Shown here piece by piece: positions 36,001 to 43,630 of a stretch of 64,000 nucleotides of DNA. The stretch comes from Pseudomonadota bacterium (GTDB lineage Bacteria; Myxococcota_A; Polyangia; Polyangiales; Polyangiaceae). The notes beneath the pieces were generated by a model that saw only the letters and a program-made list of their open reading frames with translations, had not been told where the DNA came from and made no database searches. The position numbers were made by a program, and so were the translations under genes. Location: the NCBI GenBank assembly GCA_023431345.1, contig JAEYWK010000186.1:38946-102945 (forward strand). Direction: 5' to 3'. The first letter of the stretch is position 1; each line of letters starts with the position of its first letter.

Positions 36001-38530
36001 ACCGCGCGCGCGCGGCCTGGCCTGGCTGTACTGGTTGGGCCTGCCCGCGGAGCGCAAGGAGCTGGTCGAGCGCCGCGCGCAGAGCGCGGGCCGCCTCCGT
36101 GAGCGCCTGAAAGACTCGAGCGCCGAGCAGGAGCTCGCGCGCGATCTGCTTCACGGCATCGGCGACGCTTTGCAGCAGCTCGGCCTGGAGTCCGAGCGGC
36201 CGCTGGCGCGCTTCGCCGCTCGCTACCTCGTCACGGAGATAGCGACTGACCGACCGCAGTTCACGGAGTCGAGCGCGGCGGAGGAGCTGCGCCGCGAATT
36301 CACGTCGTACCTCGAGCAGTCGGGGGCCGCGCGCGGCTTCCAGGATGACCTGCGCGCGCTGGAGCGGCACCCCGCCGAGCGGCTGCGCGTCGCGCTGTCT
36401 TACGTGGACGCCTTCACGCGCCAGCTCGGGCGGGGCGCCGAGTACCGGCTCGAGCTGGCGGCGCGCTTGGTGGGCGAGGGGACGCTCGAGTTCGCGGTCT
36501 CTACGGCGCTGGTCGACGGCTCGGTGCACGACCTGCTCGGCGCTCATCCGCGGGTGGTGAGTCGCACCCTCTCGTTCACGCTGTGTGAGCTGCTCGAGCG
36601 CGTGACGACGTTCATCGAAGATCGCGCGCCCCGCTTCCGCGCCTTCCGCAGCCTGAAGACGGAGCTCGCGGCGCGCGCCCGCGAGCGGCTCAGGCTGAAC
36701 GAATACCTGCCGCGCGTGCTCACCTCCTTCGTGCGTAATCGCTTGATCGACCAAGTGTATCTGCCGCTGGTCGGCGCGAACCTCGCCAAGCAGCTGGGCG
36801 CGGCGGGCGCGGCCAAACGCACGGATCAGATGGGCTTGCTCTTGCTCGTGTCGCCCCCCGGCTACGGCAAGACCACGCTCATGGAGTATGTGGCGAGCAA
36901 GCTGGGCCTCGTGTTCGTGAAGGTGAACGGGCCCGCGCTAGGCACCGACGTGCACTCCTTGGACCCGAGCGAAGCGCCCAACGCCACCGCGCGCCAAGAG
37001 GTCGAGAAGATCAACCTGGCGCTCGAGATGGGCAACAACGTGATGCTGTATCTCGACGATATTCAGCACACCCACCCCGAGCTCTTGCAGAAGTTCATCT
37101 CGCTGTGCGACGCGCAGCGCCGCATCGAGGGCGTGTGGAACGGCAAGACCCGCACCTACGACCTGCGGGGTAAGAAATTCTGCATTTGCATGGCCGGCAA
37201 CCCGTACACGGAGAGCGGCGCGCGCTTTCAGATCCCGGACATGCTCGCGAACCGCGCCGATACCTATAATTTGGGCGATATCCTGGACGGAAAGCAGGAC
37301 GCCTTCGCGCTCAGCTACCTCGAGAACGCGCTCATTTCGAACACGACGCTGGCCCCGCTCGCCGGGCGCGACCCGGCCGACGTCTACAAGCTCATCGGCA
37401 TGGCGCGCGGCGACGACGTCGCGCTGAGCGAGCTGAGCCACGGCTACTCGAGCGCGGAGGCGCAAGAGATCGTGGAGGTTTTCAAGCGCCTGTTCAAGGT
37501 GCAAGACGTGCTGTTGCGCGTGAACCTCGAGTACATCGCCTCCGCGTCGCAAGACGATCGCTACCGGAGCGAGCCGCCCTTCAAGCTGCAGGGCAGCTAC
37601 CGCAACATGGCCAAGCTGACCGAGAAGGTGGTGGCGGCCATGAACGACGCCGAGCTAGAGCGGTTGATCGACGATCACTACGCCAGCGAAGCGCAGACGT
37701 TGACCAAGGGCGCCGAACAAAATCTGCTCAAGCTGGCCGAGATGCGCGGTCGCCTCAGCCCCGAGCAGAGCGCGCGCTGGAGCGAGATCAAGGAGGCGTT
37801 CGGCCGCGTGCAGCGCATGGGCGGTAGCGAGGCGGATCCGGTGACGCGCGTCACGGGCACGCTGTCGGGCCTCGACGTCCAGCTCAAGGGCATTCGCGAA
37901 GCGATCGGCGCGGCCGCGGCCGCGGCCAGCGCCGGGAGCGGCGGCGATCTGGCGGCGCTGGCCAAGAGCTTGACCGAGCTCGGCCGACCTCGCGTCGAGG
38001 TGCGGCTGGAAGACGAGGGTAACGACGCGCTGATGACGCTGTTCAACCGGCAAACCGAGCTGCTGGAGCAAGCGCTCTCGGCGCTCGGAGAGCGCGCTCG
38101 GTCGCCGGTCGCGAGCGCAGCCAGCGGCGACGAGCAGAAGCTGTCGGAGCTGCTCGGCGCGCTCGGCAAGCTCTCGCGGCAAATCGAGCAAGGCGCCGAT
38201 GGCAGAGCGCGCCGCGTCGACGTCGAGCTGGGGGTGGCGGGTCCCACCAATCTGTATCGACCGCTTTCGAGCCGTGACGTCCTCGCCGGCGGCGTCTTCG
38301 TGGCGACTTACGAGAAGCTGCCGCCGCTGGGCGCGGACGTGCGGGTGGCGCTGCGCTTCCCGACAGGCCCGAGCTGCGAGCTGACGGGCAAGGTCGCGTG
38401 GGTGCGCGACAGGCTCGGCGACGACGCTCCGCCAGGCTTTGGTGTGCGCTTCGCGGAGGTATCGGCCGAGGCGCGCGAGCTGCTTCGGGCCTACGCTGAA
38501 GCGCGCGAGCCCATGCTGCACGACGATTGA
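33011..38530 (+). CDS. Giant (1839 aa) flotillin-operon protein: helical/coiled-coil N-terminal 1200 aa, AAA+ (MoxR/AAA_5-like) ATPase core, C-terminal PilZ-like domain
   Basis: Walker A LLLLVSPPGYGKTTLMEYV at about 36861. Walker B/sensor NVMLYLDDIQ...RIEGVWNGKTRTYDLRGKKFCICMAGNPYTE. C-terminal RARRVDVELGVAGPTNLYRPLSSRDVLAGGVFVATYEKLPPLGADVRVALRFPTGPSCELTGKVAWVRDR...PGFGVRFAEV resembles PilZ (RxxxR ... D-x-x-x-GG ... VVW ... PGxGVxF). 25-nt gap after flotillin. Confidence 0.7.
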   Translation: MTEQNERSLEGGSYEVIRRRLLERATELSATAEALNQKRKALFGGGELTLVATERVRTEHNCTPRDVVSVAGQLLFGFEVFIGLKSETRVPDVLSLFKFEKNGEGYDLAQQSFEGPGAYLADPEFDKQFRDSFRYYKEARLLQLLRTEQRLLVALQIGARPSDSKIFRFAIDGKGRVTFMDARGEDDYKPPRRHPFEWTPTRREDQVAGKHPHISVLNEVFVETINGDLTIKIENNTEDGLGVYREPVDDPNQTLDDAEIGYARVAGLILLKIRPFREQKTRYLVYNPRTEEVLRVDALGVACVELPEDHGLIFPGGYYLTTGEHKLFDGDSEGLEFRRSISSPNGEDVLYVFYRVEQGEYELLPYNLIGKEVKNPIRCHGYSLFPDGTMVVFRAESEPTRVHPVQIWLTPFTTAEFAASAPTDGSYLAKVGNAALVSGISELLSIRKLAQTEKPTRRTFEDLVRAVRKAIDTHYWLGHAELGGLLETVRELFKSSELIVDEFEKQLALERTARQAIDEAETAQAALLAQVRPSELKSVEAYLSGLSELKRQRGRLITLKELRAIDVARVEALESGVAERFGEVSRACVDFFLAENAFQPLLDRLDAVVSQVGQAHKTTELGPLRQELDAAHEGLTLLSETIAGLPIDDPTVRTQILDGTSSAFAQQNRARAVLDGRQRELAASEGRAEFGVQFKLLSQSVTSALALAVTPEACDEQLGRLMLQLEELEGRFGELDEFSLQLAEKREEVLDAVAAKRQLLVEERQRRAQSLATAAERVLGGIVRRAQSVTSADELNSYFASDAMVHKLGELSADLRKLGDSVRADELDSKLKSAKQNALRALRDKTDLLEDGGAIIRLGPHRFTVNTRPLELAIVPRDGVLNVHLTGTDFYEPLSNPLLDAARELWDQELVAETREVYRAEYLAVSLLLEAEAGAPGRSVPELEQAAREGKLLEVVRQAAAERIDEGHERGVHDADAAGILAKLLGLLKLAGGLRHSPRARGLAWLYWLGLPAERKELVERRAQSAGRLRERLKDSSAEQELARDLLHGIGDALQQLGLESERPLARFAARYLVTEIATDRPQFTESSAAEELRREFTSYLEQSGAARGFQDDLRALERHPAERLRVALSYVDAFTRQLGRGAEYRLELAARLVGEGTLEFAVSTALVDGSVHDLLGAHPRVVSRTLSFTLCELLERVTTFIEDRAPRFRAFRSLKTELAARARERLRLNEYLPRVLTSFVRNRLIDQVYLPLVGANLAKQLGAAGAAKRTDQMGLLLLVSPPGYGKTTLMEYVASKLGLVFVKVNGPALGTDVHSLDPSEAPNATARQEVEKINLALEMGNNVMLYLDDIQHTHPELLQKFISLCDAQRRIEGVWNGKTRTYDLRGKKFCICMAGNPYTESGARFQIPDMLANRADTYNLGDILDGKQDAFALSYLENALISNTTLAPLAGRDPADVYKLIGMARGDDVALSELSHGYSSAEAQEIVEVFKRLFKVQDVLLRVNLEYIASASQDDRYRSEPPFKLQGSYRNMAKLTEKVVAAMNDAELERLIDDHYASEAQTLTKGAEQNLLKLAEMRGRLSPEQSARWSEIKEAFGRVQRMGGSEADPVTRVTGTLSGLDVQLKGIREAIGAAAAAASAGSGGDLAALAKSLTELGRPRVEVRLEDEGNDALMTLFNRQTELLEQALSALGERARSPVASAASGDEQKLSELLGALGKLSRQIEQGADGRARRVDVELGVAGPTNLYRPLSSRDVLAGGVFVATYEKLPPLGADVRVALRFPTGPSCELTGKVAWVRDRLGDDAPPGFGVRFAEVSAEARELLRAYAEAREPMLHDD

Positions 38531-38568
38531 GCGCCCGCCGACCTTCCGCGCGGCGGTGATGAGCCCAC

Positions 38569-39480
38569 TCAGGGCTGGTAGGTATAGAGCTCGACCCAGT
38601 CGTAGTAAGCCTTGGCGGAGCCGGTGGCGTCCGTGACGGCGCCGGCCCAAGCTGCGCTCGAGGACGCCCAAATCGTCAGCAGCACGTTTTGAGGCAGCTT
38701 CATGCGATCGATGTGCTCGGTCCAGCTGCGGACCTCGGCGCCGTCGATGGAGAAGCGCGCGCCCTGGGGTGTCCACTCGATCTCGTAGTCGTGGAAATCG
38801 GCGCTCGGATCGAAGCCGACGGCAGCAATCGTAGGCGAGGCGGTCGGCTTGACCGAGGTCGTGACGGGCGGCGCGGGCGGCGCCCCCAGATACACCATGG
38901 TGTTGAGCTGCACCTTGCCGGTTTCGCCCAGGCACTCGATGTCGAGCTCGTTCCAGTCGTCGGCCGGCCACGGCGTGTAGATGGTGACGAGCGACGACAC
39001 CACCGCGGGCCCGGACGCGAACTTGATGCGCGCGCGCACGCGGCCATAGGTGAGTGTGTCCGTCGACCGCACCTCGGCCCCGAAGAACTTCTTGATGGCT
39101 CCCGCGTCGTCGACGGTGCCCTCGGGCGCGGGCAGGAGGCTTATCACCAGCTGCCCGGCTTCGACGACGGCCGCTCGTGGCGAGAACAGCGCCAAGTTGC
39201 TGTCCCAGGAGTGGGTCATGAGCTGCCAGCGAGCCGAGTCCAGGGTGTCGAAGTCGTCTCGAAACAAGAGCTCGAAGCTGCCGGGCTGCGCGGGGGCTCC
39301 GCCGCCGCTGCCGCCGCTGTCGGCGCCCCCGCTGGTCGCTGGAGCGCCGCCCCCCGCCGCGCCCGCTGCGCCCGCTGCGGCCGCCGCGAGGCCTCCATCA
39401 TCGCAGCCGAGTAGCACGAGCGCCGCGGACGCCAGCAGAATCCGCGCGGAAGCCAGGGGAGCGACGAGGGAGGGACGCAT
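38569..39480 (-). CDS. Secreted glycoside hydrolase family 16 (beta-glucanase/laminarinase-like) lipoprotein
   Basis: Internal start MRPSLVAPLASARILLASAALVLLGCDD (lipobox). The upstream 180 codons of the tabulated ORF are Arg-rich junk. GH16 catalytic motif NELDIECLGE. Jelly-roll spacing (FELLFRDDFDTLDSARWQL ... YYDWVELYTY). Confidence 0.75.
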   Translation of the reverse strand: MRPSLVAPLASARILLASAALVLLGCDDGGLAAAAAGAAGAAGGGAPATSGGADSGGSGGGAPAQPGSFELLFRDDFDTLDSARWQLMTHSWDSNLALFSPRAAVVEAGQLVISLLPAPEGTVDDAGAIKKFFGAEVRSTDTLTYGRVRARIKFASGPAVVSSLVTIYTPWPADDWNELDIECLGETGKVQLNTMVYLGAPPAPPVTTSVKPTASPTIAAVGFDPSADFHDYEIEWTPQGARFSIDGAEVRSWTEHIDRMKLPQNVLLTIWASSSAAWAGAVTDATGSAKAYYDWVELYTYQP

Positions 39481-39582
39481 GGGACCCACCGAAGCTGGCC
39501 TCGGCGCCACACGCGGGCATCTCACTTTTTGCGTGATCGCCCAGGCCCCCCCGCTGCCCGCCTCCGCGCCGCCACCTGACCA

Positions 39583-40401
39583 TTGACGACGAGACCGACG
39601 ATCAGGCGCTGCTATGCTCTGGCCGTGACCGCGGCGGCGCTGTACCAGCCTTTCCCGATGCTGCCGGGCAGGCGCGCGCAGGCGTGGCGCCATCAACCGT
39701 CGTTTCTCCGCCCCCGTCATTTTCACCGTGAGCCCGAGCTCAACTTGGTGGCGCGCGGCGAGGCTCGGTTGGCCGTCGGCGAGAAGGTCGCGACGGTCTC
39801 CGCGGGTGACTGCGTGCTGTTCGCGCCGGGGCAGGACCATCAGCTGCTCGAGGCCAGCGCCGATCTGGAGCTGTTCGCGATCGCGCTCACGCCCGAGCTC
39901 GCGGCGCGCGCCCGCTCGCTCTCGTGCGCCGCGCGGCGATTGACGCCGGCGGAGCTGAGCGAAGCGGCGGCCAGGCTCGGCGCCGCCGGTGAGCTGCGTG
40001 ACTCTGCGGCCGTGGAGCAAGCGATCGTGCCGCTGTTCGAAGCCCAGCCTGCGACGGGGCTCCGCCGGAGCACCTGCTTGAGCCTGCAGCGGCTACTGCT
40101 GGAGCCGGCCGTCAGCGCGACGACGCTCGCGGCTCACGCGCGCACGACGCCGAGCGAGCTGAGCCGGCACTTTCGGCGCGACGTGGGCGTGCGCTTCGTC
40201 GAGTATCGGGCGCGCCTGCGCTTGATGGCGTTCGTGGCCGAGGTAGACGCGGGGCGTTCGCTGACGCGGGCGGCCCTCGACGCCGATTTCGGCAGCTACG
40301 CGCAGTGCCATCGCGTGTTTTCGCGCACCCTCGGCTGTAGCCCGCAGCAATACTTCGCTCAGCGTCGCCGTGACATCGACCGAGCGGTGGCGGTGCGCTG
40401 A
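39583..40401 (+). CDS. AraC-family transcriptional regulator (cupin-like N-domain plus HTH_AraC)
   Basis: C-terminal HTH LAAHARTTPSELSRHFRRDVGVRFVEYRARLRLMAFVAEV...FGSYAQCHRVFSRTLGCSPQQYF. N-terminal cupin-like HFHREPELNLVARGEARLAVGEKVATVSAGDCVLFAPGQDHQ. Start may be the internal M at 39658. Confidence 0.7.
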   Translation: MTTRPTIRRCYALAVTAAALYQPFPMLPGRRAQAWRHQPSFLRPRHFHREPELNLVARGEARLAVGEKVATVSAGDCVLFAPGQDHQLLEASADLELFAIALTPELAARARSLSCAARRLTPAELSEAAARLGAAGELRDSAAVEQAIVPLFEAQPATGLRRSTCLSLQRLLLEPAVSATTLAAHARTTPSELSRHFRRDVGVRFVEYRARLRLMAFVAEVDAGRSLTRAALDADFGSYAQCHRVFSRTLGCSPQQYFAQRRRDIDRAVAVR

Positions 40402-40453
40402 GCGGCTGCTACTTGGCTTGCGTCGCACGCGAAGGGGGCCCAGTCTAAGCGTC

Positions 40454-41920
40454 ATGCTCGAGGTCGCAGAAGCGGGGCGCTCGCTCAGTAAAGAGCAGTA
40501 TGACGCGGTCTTGCCGGGGCTGCGCGCGGCTCTGCTCGACGCGCAGGCGCGCTTGCGCCAGGCGGGCTTCTCGGTGGTGGTGCTGATGAGCGGCGGCGAC
40601 GCGGCGGGCAAGAGCGAGATGGTGAACGCGTTGAACGAGTGGTTCGACGCGCGCTTCATCCGCACCGAAAGCTACGCCGAGCCGACGGAAGAGGAGCGGG
40701 CTCACCCCGACTTCTGGCGCTACTGGCTGTGGCTCCCGTCGCGCGGGCGCATCGGGCTCTTCTCGGGCGGCTGGTATACCAGGCCCATCCTGGACGCCGC
40801 TTCGGGTCGGAGCTCGCGATCGGAGCTGGCCGAGCAGCTGGCGCGCATCAACGGCTTCGAGCGGACGCTCGCGCAGGACGGCACCCTGCTGATCAAGCTG
40901 TGGCTGCACATCTCGAAGAAGGCCCAGCGCAAGCGCTTCAAGGAGCTCGAGAGCGACAAGACGACGCGCTATCGCGTCAGCAAGCAAGACTGGAAGAACC
41001 ACGAGCGCTACGACGAGCTGGAGCGGGTGCGGAAGACAGCGCTGTCCGAGACCAGCACGGCCGACGCCCGCTGGCTGGTCATCGACGCCGCCGACGCGCG
41101 CGCCCGTAACTTGACGGCCGCGCGTGCGATTCTAGACGCGCTCGAGTCGCGTTTGGCGGAGCCCAAGCCCGAGCGCGTCCCCCAGCCCAAGCCCAACATC
41201 GCTGATCCGAAGACGCTGCTCGACGACCTCGACCTGAGCCAGGCGCTGACCAAGCACGACTACGAAGCCCGCATCGCCCAGCTGCAATCGGAGCTCCACG
41301 GCCTGGTGCGCAAGCTGCAGAAGCGCGACAAGAGCGCTATGTTGGTGTTCGAGGGCCCTGACGCGGCCGGCAAGGGCGGCGCGATCCGTCGCGTCACCTG
41401 GGCGCTGGATGCGAGGAGCTACCGGCTCATCCCGATCGCGGCTCCGACCGATGAGGAGCTCGCTCATCACTACTTGTGGCGCTTTTGGCGGCACCTGCCG
41501 CGCAGGGGCCGCGTGACGATCTTCGATCGGAGCTGGTACGGCCGGGTGCTGGTAGAGCGCGTCGAAGGGTTCGCGAGCGAAGCCGAGTGGCAGCGCGCCT
41601 ACCAAGAGATCAACGACTTCGAGCGGGAGCTCACCCGGTCGGGCATCGTGCTGTGCAAGCTTTGGCTGCACATCTCTCCCGACGAGCAGCTGCGGCGGTT
41701 CGATGAGCGCAAGCACAATCCCGCCAAGCGCTACAAGATCACCGCGGAGGACTATCGCAATCGCCAGCAAGCCAACCAATACGAGCTGGCGGCGGCGGAG
41801 ATGGTCACGCGCTGTAGCCCGCCCGAGGCGCCGTTCATCCTCGTCGAAGCCAACGACAAGCGCTTCGCCCGCGTCAAAGTGCTGGAGTCGGTCTGCGCCC
41901 GCCTGCGCGGCGGGCTCTGA
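40454..41920 (+). CDS. Two-domain polyphosphate kinase 2 (PPK2; polyphosphate:AMP phosphotransferase-type)
   Basis: Two tandem PPK2 modules, each with a Walker A-like loop (VVLMSGGDAAGKSE and MLVFEGPDAAGKGG) and PPK2 lid motifs (FWRYWLWLPSRGRIGLFSGGWY / LWRFWRHLPRRGRVTIFDRSWY). Start set at MLEVAEAGRS. The tabulated ORF begins 28 codons upstream. Confidence 0.8.
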   Translation: MLEVAEAGRSLSKEQYDAVLPGLRAALLDAQARLRQAGFSVVVLMSGGDAAGKSEMVNALNEWFDARFIRTESYAEPTEEERAHPDFWRYWLWLPSRGRIGLFSGGWYTRPILDAASGRSSRSELAEQLARINGFERTLAQDGTLLIKLWLHISKKAQRKRFKELESDKTTRYRVSKQDWKNHERYDELERVRKTALSETSTADARWLVIDAADARARNLTAARAILDALESRLAEPKPERVPQPKPNIADPKTLLDDLDLSQALTKHDYEARIAQLQSELHGLVRKLQKRDKSAMLVFEGPDAAGKGGAIRRVTWALDARSYRLIPIAAPTDEELAHHYLWRFWRHLPRRGRVTIFDRSWYGRVLVERVEGFASEAEWQRAYQEINDFERELTRSGIVLCKLWLHISPDEQLRRFDERKHNPAKRYKITAEDYRNRQQANQYELAAAEMVTRCSPPEAPFILVEANDKRFARVKVLESVCARLRGGL

Positions 41921-41962
41921 CTCACGAGGCGCTCCGCCTGTCCAGCCGCGAGCTGGCCTGAG

Positions 41963-43630
41963 CTACGGCGCGAGCTCGCTCGACAAGCGGTACTTGAAGC
42001 GGTCGCTCCGGGCGAGCGCGAGCATGAGCTGCACGACATTGCCGTCGGTCTCTCGGAAGCTGCGAGATAGCTCGGCGGTCGTGCAGTCGTCGTTCTCTTC
42101 GAGCGGGCGACGATAAGCGTGCTCTTGCCAGTGGCGCACGAAGCAGGTCTGCCCGTCCTCGCTTTCGGCGATGAGCTGCAACAGCTCTGGTGCGTTGGCG
42201 AACGAACCGGCGGCATCCGTTACAGTCAACGTGCCGCTCGAGTCGATGGGCTGCCCCTCGTCCAGCGTTCGGTAACGACCGACACCGTCGTAGTGATCGA
42301 ACGCAAAGCCCGGGTCGTTCAGTACAGAGTGGCAACCGCGGCACTCTGCGGAGGAGGTGTCGGCCGTCAGCCGCTGTCGCCACGTGCCGTTAGGGATCGG
42401 GTCGGGCGGCTCGGCCAGGCCCATCGCGGCGGGATCTGGCGCCATGTTCACGCAGAGGAGCTGGTTCACGACGAAGATGCCACGTTGTATCGTGCCGGGA
42501 CGGAGCCTGTGCGACGTGGCGTCGAGGAACGCCTGCTGGGTGAAGAGACCTGCGCGCTCTTTCGGATCGAGCTGGACCTTGCGAAACTCGGCGCCCGCCA
42601 CGTCGGCGTACCCGTAGAAGCGCGCTAGGGGCTCGTTGAGCCATGTCGACGGCTCGGTGAGGAGCGCGCGGTACGTGCCGACACCGAACGTCGCGTCTTC
42701 GATGAAGAGGCGGGTCTCTTCGCGCGCGAGCGCCAAGACCTCGCTCGATACCGGAGCTTCGGCCAAGCCGTCGTTGTCGAGCGGGTAGATGCGACGGTAG
42801 AAGGCCACGAGCTGCTGGCGATTCGCCGGGCTTCCGACGAGCCGCTGCAGCTGCTCCTCCAAACCGTCTTCTTCTTGCAGTCGACCCTGATCGGCGGCCC
42901 GAGATAGGTCGGCGTCGGGCGGGCCACCCGTGAGAAAGAAGCTCAGGCGCGTTGCTACCTCGAACGGACTGAGCGCTACCACCCCGTCGAGCTCCGGGCG
43001 GGCTCCGAGCTCGAGCAAGTACAGGAACTCGGGGCTCTGCAGCGTTACTTCGATCACGGCGCGCACGCCGCTCTCGAAGCTGCCACCGAGCTCTCGTCCG
43101 CGCTCGAACACGCTCACCATCTCGGCGACGTCGTCCGGCGTCGCCGGGCGCCGGAATGCCTGGCGCAAGAAGCGCTCAATGAAGTGAGCGCGGCAGGCTT
43201 CCTCGCCCGACGCGGGGTCGCAGTCCAAGACCCTGGCTAGGCGCACGTCGTCGGTCGTGACGGCCTGAGCCGTCGCATGCGCGATGTCGTGCATGACCTC
43301 CACGAGCAGCATCGAAAGCCCCCGGGGCTCGCTCTCCGCAGGCAGCCGCTCGACGCGCTCCGCCTCACCGACGAGCGCTGTGATGCTGTGCCGTAGCTCG
43401 TCGTTCGTGAGCATGCTGAGGGGGGCAGCGCCCGGATGAGGATGCTCGCAGCTGGGGCGCTGCAAATCTTCCTCGCCCGGCGCGCGGCCGCCTGCGCCCC
43501 CGCCGGCGCCGGGTGGGGCGACGCTGGACGACCCCGCATGGCTCGGGTGAGGCGATGATGCTCGCGAGTCGGTGCGACCGCAGGCGCTCATTAGCAGCAG
43601 CAGCACCGCTGCGACAGCGGGGTGCGTCAT
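41963..43630 (-). CDS. DUF1592/DUF1588-family lipoprotein with CxxCH motif (partner of DUF1552)
   Basis: Internal start MTHPAVAAVLLLLMSACG (lipobox). The upstream 201 codons are Arg-rich. CxxCH read as SSAECRGCHSV. ATGA overlap (start 43630 / upstream stop 43627) with the DUF1552 gene. Family pairing typical of Planctomycetota/Myxococcota. Confidence 0.6.
   Translation of the reverse strand: MTHPAVAAVLLLLMSACGRTDSRASSPHPSHAGSSSVAPPGAGGGAGGRAPGEEDLQRPSCEHPHPGAAPLSMLTNDELRHSITALVGEAERVERLPAESEPRGLSMLLVEVMHDIAHATAQAVTTDDVRLARVLDCDPASGEEACRAHFIERFLRQAFRRPATPDDVAEMVSVFERGRELGGSFESGVRAVIEVTLQSPEFLYLLELGARPELDGVVALSPFEVATRLSFFLTGGPPDADLSRAADQGRLQEEDGLEEQLQRLVGSPANRQQLVAFYRRIYPLDNDGLAEAPVSSEVLALAREETRLFIEDATFGVGTYRALLTEPSTWLNEPLARFYGYADVAGAEFRKVQLDPKERAGLFTQQAFLDATSHRLRPGTIQRGIFVVNQLLCVNMAPDPAAMGLAEPPDPIPNGTWRQRLTADTSSAECRGCHSVLNDPGFAFDHYDGVGRYRTLDEGQPIDSSGTLTVTDAAGSFANAPELLQLIAESEDGQTCFVRHWQEHAYRRPLEENDDCTTAELSRSFRETDGNVVQLMLALARSDRFKYRLSSELAP

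Noticed and set aside
33926-36754. Several 200-470-aa minus/plus ORFs inside the 1839-aa gene (for example 34592..35998, 35999..36754, 34771..35439)
   Set aside because: Out-of-frame or antisense to a coherent E/L/R helical protein continuous with the AAA+ domain. Their compositions are Arg/Ala/Gly/Pro-dominated.
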